Origin: Tubiluchus corallicola
Taxonomy: Eukaryota; Animalia; Priapulida
DNA length: 53,246 nucleotides
Direction of reading: 5' to 3'
Assembly (NCBI GenBank): GCA_030141605.1
Contig: JAQGDQ010001235.1
Location: 1 to 53,246, forward strand
Shown here: piece by piece, positions 12,701 through 23,700 of the stretch
Position numbering within the stretch: position 1 is the first letter of the stretch
Layout: every line of letters begins with the position of its first letter
The notes under the pieces: generated by a model
Databases searched by the model: none
Seen by the model: the letters and a program-made list of their open reading frames with translations, nothing else
What the model was told of the DNA's origin: nothing
Translations under genes and position numbers: made by a program

Positions 12701-15700
12701 ACAGGAACAATGTCACTGTCTACTAATTCTTGTAAAGTAGCGAACACGTGGTCTTGGTGGCTTACAAATAGCTTACTGACCAATGTTCCTGTGTACATGG
12801 CAGTTAAAATAATGACAAAGAGCCACCAGCATCCGGTAATAACCTGAGCCGCCAAACGCTGAGGTAAGTAAGTTCCACCTTGCTGCAGAAATGAGGCTAG
12901 GGTATATTGAATGTAGTACGTTATGCCTGTTTTAGTAGGCCTGCTGTTTATTTGACTGAAATCATTTTCATTGCATATCCTCTTTGTTTGATAATCAAAA
13001 CAGTAGATTATTGGCCCAGCCAAGAGCCCGAATGTTATCAGAAGTAACCAAACCGGGGTGCTGAAGGGATCTGTTAAGTTAAATCCCTGTAATTTATTCC
13101 GCTTTGTAACGAACACTTGTGGCGAATATGCGACTGGATGTAGAAAAGTCATGTATTTCATTCTTTCTCGGAGTATTGTCACCAGTCCAAATATGTCCAC
13201 CTCAGACTTTTCAGCCACAGTTTCTGGAATTTCCAAAGCTTCTATGGCCTTTATGTTAAAGCTAAAGTTTAATGCTTTACCCAGTAACTTTACCACATCA
13301 ATTATAAAATGTGTAGTGGGATCATCATCCCAAATCCCCAGTGCAAGTTGAGCACCTTGAAGCGAGTAGTCCTGTGCATCCTGTTTGTTTTCATAAAACG
13401 CCACATATTCTTTTTGAATGCCGTCCTTTTGGTTTCTGAGGCGCTTAATCGAAATGATTTTTCGCTTTTTGTCCAGTTTGATTTTGCACTCACTGATGCA
13501 AAATATGTCCAGAAACTGAAAAGTAATGATGCAAGCAAGAAAGAACAGTATCTGTCTGGAAATCATTTCTCTGCGGTTCTGTATTACTTGTGATCATGAA
13601 CACCACTGAAACCCTTCAAATGTCCTTACATTATGCTTTGTTATGCTGAAGAGTAAAAATACAAACAAGAAACAGCAGCGTCTGTTTGGAATTCATTTCT
13701 CTCCGGCTCTCAGTTACTTGTGATCATGATCAGCACTGAAAGACTTTGTCACTATATTTTCCTTTTGTCTTGACTGCAAACGCTAAGCTCAAAGGCCTGG
13801 CACACAGGCTATTTGCTAATTAATATTATGCTCTTTCAATAGTAGTAAATAAATATTTCTTCTTTGTCTCGGGCGTCTTTTCTGTGTGACTCCATACAAA
13901 CTCTGTCACAAATTAAAAGCAATCGGTCAATATGCGTGCTGCCATTATAGTTCATTGTTGTAGCTCGTGTTTTTGTGCTGGTAAGATAAATAAAAATGAC
14001 AGAAGCAGACGATAGCCTGTGTCATTAAATAAGCACTGCTTTTGATAGTCTATTGGAAATAAGTGTCTGTTGATAAAAAGAAGTGTCAACGTCCAGGCAA
14101 CTTTATCGATTTGCAATAATTAACGAATGTAAATATCTGGAAGAGTGCTTTAACACTTTCAATCCCAAATTATTTTTTTAATAAAAAATGTTTTGGCTTG
14201 GTACTTTTGTTCAGCATGTCCATCTTGTTTACACATAATAATTATTTTTTTCTACCTGTCCCCGCGTGCTAAATACAGTCTGTATTCCACGGGATACATT
14301 GGGATTCAATTGAAGCATAAAATGTGCTTCATTTTGCAACTGCTGATAATTTTTTAAAGTATTTAAGACATTTAGTATGCATGTTATGCTGATCTGTACA
14401 AAGTCGTCTCTAAAGTACTGTACCTTGCGCAGTTTTTTATGCTATGTAGATTTTCTAGTTTGCCATTTTTAGTCTACTGTTATTGACTTAAATCAAAATA
14501 ACTATCAACAGATCAAATAACTGTCAGTTTTAAAATTTTATTAATTTTAAAGGCAGAAAATATTCTCATATCCCATGGGATACAACGGGTATGAAAGGGT
14601 TAACGCTAAAAGCAATTATCATCTGATGTTTGAAAAAAAGAAGAGAAAATAAAATTTATAATAACTGAGGTGTTTTGCTGTTGGTAGTAAAACAAAAGTT
14701 TGCTATTCTGTAACAGCAGTACGTTTAGTGCGATACGAAAATACAGTTGTTCCATCTATAACCAATAATAGTGAGACTTGGACTAGCCTCACTCAAACAG
14801 AAGTGGATATGGTAGAAAGTATTCAGAGAGAAAACATTCAAATAACTTTGTGAGCCAACTTCTTCGCGAGAAAATAAAGTTTTTGAATGAATTGTTGTAA
14901 TTTTTGCAAAAACAGACTAGTGTGATTTAGAAAAGTATACTTTTTAATTCATTGCTAATTCACTTATCTATTCTCTTATATTAATATTCTAGGTATGGGC
15001 ATTATATATATATATATATAAGATTCGAGGCTACAGCTTCGGCGAGGGCACCATTTACGGCAATCTATATATCAAACGAAATGTCTCGATCTAGTGTCTT
15101 CTCATTGATGGTTTATTTTTCGAATCGGGGCCACCGGGAGGAAGGGGAGGCGAAAAACCTCCAAAAATGGCCATTTTTCGGCCGTTTTTTGCAAAACTTA
15201 TACCTCTTATTTCTGAAGAACGGGAACGGGCCGAGGGTGGTGCTGGGTATGGATAGATACCCCGTTCAGCGGTGGGTGTAGTAGGCATGTTTAGAATTCT
15301 CGAGAGGGCCACGGGGTCCCGCAACGGGCGTTTTCCCGGACCGACCTCGCAATTTTTTCGAAATTTTGACCAAACAGCATGCGGGAAAAACGTTCTAGCG
15401 TCGCCCGGTGGGACTCTTGGAAGGAGATATATAGCTCTTTACAAAGAGGAAGGACAGCGCTACACGATGATGTAGGTTATATTTTAGGGCAGGTCCACCG
15501 AGAGGAGTATCAACGAGTTAATTACGTGTTCTATTTTCGGCAATTTTTCGACAATTTTCGCTTAGAAAACTGCGACGCATTCCATTGTGCTGACGTCATC
15601 CATTGTACTCTCTATAAGTTTAATTCAGTAAAAAGCTGCTGCTGGCTTTGCGTTAGATAAACAGACATACCGTAGGCATGATGTGACGGGCTACAGGCGT

Positions 15701-17705
15701 TGCGTTAGGTAAGTAGGCAGGATGTTACGGGCTTTACGGGCTTTGTGTTATAAATGAGGACTAGGTAGAATGTTCGCGTATTATTGATTATACGTGGTTT
15801 TTTACGCAAAATCTTTTGCGGGGCCTTTGCTAGTCTATTATATTAATATTCTTGGTATGGGCTTAATATATTTATTTATATATATATATATAAGATTCGA
15901 GGCTACAGCTTCGGCGAGGGCACCATTTGTGGCGATCTATACATCAAACGAAAGGTCTCGATCTAGTGTCGTCTCATTGGGGGTTTATTTTTCGAATCGG
16001 GCCCACCGCGAGGAACGGGGGGGGGGCGAAAAACCTCCAAAAATGGCCATTTTTCAGCTGAGATGTGGAGAACGGGAACGGGCCAAGGGTGGTCCCGCAA
16101 CGGGCGTTTTCCCGGACCCAACTCGCGATTTTTTCGAAATTTTGACCAAACAGACTGTAGAAAAAATGTTCTAGCGGTGCCTGGCGGGACTCTCGGAAGG
16201 AGATATACGGCTCTTTAGAAAGAGGAAGAATGGGGCTACAGAATGATGTGGGCTATATTTTAGGACAGGTCCACCGAGAGGAGTACTGGCGAGTTAATTA
16301 CATGTTCTATTTTCGGCAATTTTCGCTTAGAAAACTGCTGACGCATGCCATTGTTGTGACGTCATCCATTATACTCTGTCTATTGCTTTAATTCAGCAAA
16401 AAGCTGCTACAGGCTTTGCGTTAGGTAAGTAAACAAACAGTAGGCAGGATGCTACGGGTTTTGTGTTATAAATGAGGACCAGGTAGGATGTTCGCGTATT
16501 ATTGATTATACGTGTGTTTATACACAAAATTCTTTGTGGGGCCTTTGCTAGTCTATATATTAATATTCTTGGTATATATATATATATATATATAAGATTC
16601 GAGGCTACAGCCCTGACGACAGCACCATTTGCGGCGATCTATACATCAAACGAAGGGTCTCGATCTAGTGTCATCTCATTGATGGTTTATTTTTCGAATC
16701 GAGCCCACCGGGAGGAACGGGGGGCGAAAAACCTCCAAAAATGGCCATTTTTCGGCCGTTTTTTGCAAAAGTTATACGGCTGAGATGTAGAGAACGGGAA
16801 TGGGCCGAGGGTGGTGCTGGCTATGGATAGATTGCCCGTTCAGCGGTGGGTGTAGTAGGCATATCTAGAATTCGCGAGAGGGCCACGGGGTCCCGTAACA
16901 GGCGTTTTCCCGGACCCAACTCGCGATTTTTTCGAAATTTTGGCCAAACAGCCTGCAGAAAAACCGTTCTAGCGGCGCCTGGTGAGACTCTCGGAAGGAG
17001 ATATACGGCTCATCAGAAAGAGGAAGAACAGGGCTACACGATGATGTGGGCTATATGTTAGGACAGGTCCACCGAGAGGAGTACTGGCGAGTTAATTACA
17101 TGTTCTATTTTCGGCAATTTTCGCTTAGAAAACTGCTGACGCATGCCATTGTTGTGACGTCATCCATTATACTCTGTCTATAACTTTAATTCAGTAAAAA
17201 GCTGCTACAGGCTTTGCGTTAGATAAACAAACAGTAGGCTAGAAGTTACGGGCTTTGTGTTATAAATGAGGACTGTGTAGGATGTTCGCGTATTATTGAT
17301 TCTACGTGTATTTATACGCAAAATTTTTTGCGGGGCCTTTGCTAGTATAAATTAATATTTTAAAACATTTTTTTCTAATTTTTAACTGCGCAAATGAATT
17401 TAGGCATTGCTACGTGTCTAAAATTCATTAAAAACCTTTGCAGCGCATACTAAGCTGGTGATTCATACTTCTATACTAGCAATTACATGCATTGGTTCAT
17501 TTGTTAATGGGGTCAAAACACTTCTGTCCCAAAATGAGTCTATTAAGCGGCACCTAATGTAGCTAAATAAACAGAAGAAAATGTCTATTTATATAAATAT
17601 TTAAATTAAATTATTAATAAATCAATTAACGCATATTGAATTTTCAACTTAGTTCCTGTCACCGAGTACATGATCGTGACCGACGGAATGTGTAAGTAAG
17701 AAAGA

Positions 17706-17783
<78 letters not shown>

Positions 17784-20700
17784 CTATCTTTATTTATCAC
17801 CTTTTTTACAAGAAAATCACAGAGCCTGAAACGATAATATTGTGGCGGGTCACAGGATCAAACCGTCACGGGCTTCGTGAAAATGTAGTATATTGAATGT
17901 AAAATTGCATGGGCCAATCAGAGCTCAGTTTTCTAGGCCAATTTTCTCGAGCGTGTAACCTGTTCTCGTAGATTCGAGGGCAGTGGGTTCTCGGCCATGT
18001 TCAGCTTCGGTTTCATTTTGTTTTTCTCTTCTTGGTTGCCGTTATTAAGTCAGTCGCGATTCAGTAATTTTTGGTTTAACCCCTTGGTTTGCATTTCGAC
18101 TCAATGCGTAAGTGTCAGCTATAAACTGTTGCTAAGTGTTTCATTTTACTGTTTTTCTTTCTTTTCTTTTTTATAATTTTCTTTAGTTAATTATGAATCC
18201 TCGCTATCATAGACAGCATCACAATATGATACAAAGTGACAAGATTATTAAATGAGTAAATTATCTGAGTTAACGATATTCAAGTGATTGGTGAAAGGGT
18301 GGCGAAAAACTAAAAGTTACCAAAGTCAACCACCCTGTAACTAATGTTGCTATTAGTAATATGCGCAATTATCTTGACGAAGATTTCAGAATAAGGTGTG
18401 TAAAACTATTGAGATTAAGTTTAAATTTGAACATAAATATCATGGCCATAAAGGCATAATAAATACATATAATGTTGATGTTCTAAGCAATGTGTAGATT
18501 TTACGCAGACAGAATTGCCTTACCTCTTAATAAGGCGTCATTGGCGTAGTTTGTTACATAGTTAATTGTTATTTGTGTTATTGTTGTGTTTCATGATTTA
18601 TTGTATTAATTTTTGTTGTGTTTATGAACTTTGCGAAGTTTGAAATAAAAATATTAAATCTAAAAATCTAAATAATTGTTTAAAAAAATCTGATGTTGCT
18701 TGAAAACTGAAAGCAAAAACCAACCTTGGCTTGCATGGCGTAAGAAGCCAAGAGCACGGAAGCTTCCGCCGGGCAGAAAACGTCCATGTTCAAGATGCTC
18801 TGCTTCACCTGCAGGAAGAATAAATGCCGCGTGATCTCCTGCACTAGTTCTTCCTCGATGTCTTCCGGATAAAATTTGGCTAAGAATAAAAATGGAATCG
18901 GCACTTCTTTGGGAATATCCTGGTGCTTGACCTGTAAAAGTAATAATTTGATTAATTTATTACTAATATTTATCCGTACTCAGGTACGATAACAAAATTA
19001 TGTACAAAGATTAGTCAAAAAATAACAACACCGAGTATAGGATAAATAAATAAGCTTAGTTAAAAAATACAAATATAATACATAATATGTATTATGTATG
19101 CTGAACACACACATATATATATATGTGTGTGTGTGTGTTCAGCATACATAATACATATTAAGTATTATATTTATATTTTATTATTATTATATATACATTA
19201 TTATATACATATATACATATATACTATTATAATATATTAATATTAATATACAATATATACTATATAATATACCATTATTATATATACCTTATATTATATA
19301 TAGTACATACATATTATATATAAATATATATATACGCATCAATATATGTGTGTTCAGCACGACATTACTTTAAAAATTAGTGTCATAATAAATGCACACC
19401 TATAACATATATACTTATTACCCATAATCAATTGTACATACAAACTATCTATAATATAATAAATAAATTAATTAATTAATATAATATAATATAATATAAT
19501 ATAATATAATATAATATAATATAATATAATATAATATAATATAATATAATATAATATAATATAATATAATACAATACAATACAATACAATACAATACAAT
19601 ACAATACAATACAATACAATACAATACAATACAATACAATACAATACAATACAATACAATACAATACAATACAATACAATACAATACAATACAATACAAT
19701 ACAATACAATACAATACAATACAATACAATACAATACAATACAATACAATACAATACAATACAATACAATACAATATAATACAATATAATATAATATTTC
19801 ATATCAATCAACTAATATACTACTAGTTATAACAAATATGAATTAAAATAGAAATTAACTCAGGATTGTTTTTTGAGGAAGTTCTTATTTGTTTACTTTT
19901 GATACCTTATATTCTATCGATGACAAGTAAACATTTAGCAGCTTCTCACTCATCTAGGTTATAAGATTTCTCAGTGACATTAAATGTTTAAAATCATGAC
20001 AGTTTAGGTTGTTACTATACGGTGAGTCCTCGCTTAACGACGCTAATGCCTTCCAACAAAATGCGACGTTAAGCTAAACGTCCTTAAACGAAGCCAAGAC
20101 TTCTATAGAACGTAATGTAAAAGAATTGAGTTACGTTCCAGAGACAAAAATCACTGCTTCTTAAATCATATAAATTAAACATTCCATGAATTTTATTCAT
20201 ATTTCTACTGATTAATGTCTTCCTGTTTGCCTGAAACAACCTATATATTTTACTTACCAATACTTAGCTATAGCGGTTTCTCTTTCATTAACATTTAAGC
20301 TTAGTCAGCGGATTGAACAACAAACACTGCAGAGTCAAGTCCTGGGGCAAGTTTGGGAATTTTACCTACATACTTAGTCTTGTTGCTATAGCAACAGGTT
20401 GTTGACAGAATTGCTCGCTGGTCACTTGATAGTTGACACAAACATAAATGTGCAAATTACATTACAGAGTAATTTTGATGCATGCAGCTTGAGTCTAAAA
20501 GCATAGCTTGACAGGCCAAACTGTACGTGGAAATCTTAAAGAAGTGATTAATAATTGAGATAATAATAATAATAACAATAATAATAATAATAAATATAAT
20601 AATATAATAATAATAATAATAATAACAACAACAACAACAACAACAACAGCAACAATAATAAAAATAAATATAATAATAATAATAATAATAACAATAATAA

Positions 20701-23700
20701 TAATCAAGATTAACTCAACGGCTTGGCAAATAAACATTATTACTACCTTTTTATCCATTTTTAACCAAGCTACATAGCTTTTCGAATCGACAAACTGCAG
20801 TCCAAAATACCAGCTCTCCCTCAGTCCTATAGTGCGACAAACTAGATCAAAGAGTTCACGGCCAGTAACTTTCCACTAAAACAAAAACCGAACATTAATA
20901 TTTCAAGCGTCACCTCAAAAACAGGCAACACAAATATCGCAGTTAAAAAACAAAAAACTTTGCAATATGGGTATATGTTAAACCAGTATTCAATTAAAAA
21001 TTAAAGATGGACAGGTAAAGTAGTGTGATTTTCGTATGACACAGAAGCATTACGCCATTCTTTATATCAGTCAGGTACCGGGGGGGGGGGGGGGTGTCAA
21101 GACTTTATGAAGCCCTAGTCTGATAATTTTGTCCTGCAAACCTCTATTGTGAATTTATGGTTGTTTATGTAATGAGGAAATTAAACAATTACTTGTGGTG
21201 TATTAGAAAAAGTATTAACCAAGATTCTACGTCGTCATTATTAATTACATTTGCATAGTGCTTATATTAAACCAACTGTTTGTTGTGTAATATCTTGCAC
21301 CTGTTCGCTACGTGGCATTTATGTACAAGCTACTCTCGGTAACTGCCTGTGGTGTGTTACAAAATGCACCCTTTACATGAATACGAAAGTACACACATTT
21401 TCCGAGGAGAATAGGAATATTTTCTAAAATGTGACGCCCTCAAACTTTGGCACCCTAGGCTATAGCCTAATTAGCCTCTGGTCATGTAGTAAAATTTTAT
21501 TGTCAGTGTAGGCCTACAACGTGCGTTATTAACAGTTTATGACTTAAATATTTACAAATATCATTATATCATTTACCGTTGGGAACGATTTCTCTATGAC
21601 GTGTTCGTCTCGCATATTTGCAAAGAGAGGGCTGCTTTACGGTATTGCTGTGTCACAATGACACCTTGCAAAAAATTCTTCAAACTTAAAATCCACCGAC
21701 TCAAAATTCGAGTTAATTGCTAAGCTAAGGATATTTGCCCCGACGATCGTTCCTAGTGTTGTCGCAGATGCGAGCATTTAATTTACAGTTTATTATTAAT
21801 TTTGATTTGGAATTTTAAACTTTAGTTTTTCATCACCACTAAGTCAGTGCTGACATCTGTTTGTAGAGTGGAAAGTTTCTAATACATGTATGTACTTGCT
21901 ACTGCTATATGTTTGTATGGAACTGGGTTACTGGGCTTCTCTGTGAATGTAGTACCGTATATACTCGCATATAAGCCTACATCGCATATAAGCCGACCCC
22001 CTAAAACTGCTTTAGATGGCCAGTTTTTGCAAAAACCCGTATATAAGCCGACCATCAACTTGTCTAATTTTACTCCATACCCAATCAACAAAATTGATCC
22101 CTTTTTGTCACATTTTGTTAATTGGGTATTTTTGGTTCATAGAAATTTTTTACTATAGAGATGTAAAATGCTTACTTTTATGTTACATACTAGAAGAAAT
22201 AGAAGAAATTATACATTTTGATATGAATAAAGAAGAAAATATTTTGTTTTCTATTTATTCACAAAAAATTATAACATTTATTGAAATGTGAATTTTTTCT
22301 AAAAAAAAAAGTGGGTGGACGGCGATCCCCCACGATCCCCCTCCAATACACCACTGGTGACACACAACCAAATAAAGAGTCAGATAGCGATGAAAATGTG
22401 TGGCTGGAAAATTGGCATTAGTGTCTGTCCTTGTGTTCATTTTGTTTCATGCGCATATAAGTCGACCCCCTGATTTCAGTATTGTATTTTATAGTTCTAA
22501 ATTCGGCTTATATGCGAGCATATACGGTAGTTTTTCACACTTGGTAGCAAGAAGAGAGGACAAGCAATGGGCTTAAACAGTGTACAGTTATAATAACGTT
22601 TTGACTCAGATGCCATGATATATTGGCTGATGGATTTACTTTAACTTTTGATTACTACTTTTGATTATGTTTACCATTTTCGTGTATATGTGGACTGACT
22701 ATGAGACTATGATTTTGAGTAAAATACAGATCGCAAAGTTAAACCATGTTTTCATCCATTGATTTCATCTGTTTAACACGAACATCGCAACTACAAAAAC
22801 AGTCTGATAAACCTGCCAACATCGGTTGTTGGCTCTCCCCAAAACACCCCAGCGACAACTTTAGCGTCACGATAAGTGTAGGGCACGCAGTACGCAACTA
22901 GGTAAGTAGGACACCTGCGCTACAGCGCATTGTGGAAAAGCAGTGTCGTACATGGGCAGCCCAAGTAGCGCACTGGCGATTTCTCTCACTCCATTAACTT
23001 TACATCGAAAATTTTGTCAAATTTTTAAAAATTCTGTCAAATTTTTACAAATTCTGCGAGTTTCTTTATTTTGTTAAAAATTGTGCTTGGTGGCTAAGTT
23101 GCCATCAGTTTGGCATCATACAGTGGATGCAGACGATTCTCTTCACCAAATCGGCGAGCAAACTGACATCAATAATAAGTGCCAATTTGCAAGATCAAAA
23201 ACACGTATTTTGTTCATTTCGTTCATGCAGTGAAACGGATCACCTGTCTGTGAAGCGAGACAAAACAAAAAATGATTTACCTTAATCAAATGTCGCCTAA
23301 AAAGATTAATTTCACTTCATTCGCCTTTATTTCACTTCAAAAAGATTAATTTCGAAGCCTAAATTTAATATTGGCCATTCTACTAGCTCAGAATAAGATT
23401 ATTTTATTTTATCAGATGTATAATAAATTATAATTTATGATGTATTGACATTTTCAATTATTATTAAATAAACAAGGACAACGGATGCTGCCACTATGAT
23501 TAATGACTCAATTCGTGACATGTCTCTAGTGTCCTACTTGGGCATCTCATGTCGTACGATGCACCCTACTTGGGCTAGCCCGTGTGCGGCAATTGTCCTA
23601 CTCCACTCCCGACAATAGGCTTCCTTTCTCAACTGAGGCTCGGGATTGGCTATGGCGAAGTTTATTTTTCAAGTTTTGACAATTTTCAACAATTAGATTA

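Larger units (their letters stand above)
5347..14618. repeat. Tandem segmental duplication of a ~4.5-kb unit, each carrying one full-length and one truncated IR
   Basis: Non-coding blocks recur: gataaacagcggacattttgc at ~5347 and ~9894; the intergenic spacers 6700-7990 and 11170-12155; upstream flanks 9440-9846 and 13570-13983; atacaacgggtatgaaagggttaa at ~9853 and ~14580. Confidence 0.9.

Noticed and set aside
6147-13593. Plus-strand ORFs repeated opposite the IR genes
   Set aside because: Antisense shadows of the duplicated IR coding sequences.
15081-17061. Short ORFs in the 15-17 kb repeats as a small protein family
   Set aside because: They lie in non-autonomous Helitron copies, frames are not conserved between copies, and no Rep/helicase motifs are visible.
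19468-19811. ORFs of (YCIVL)n/(YYIIL)n
   Set aside because: Translation of pentanucleotide microsatellites.
20443-20560. ~110-bp sequence repeated in inverted orientation at ~31237-31350 as a possible snoRNA
   Set aside because: No convincing C/D or H/ACA box arrangement seen; more simply a fragment of a dispersed repeat.
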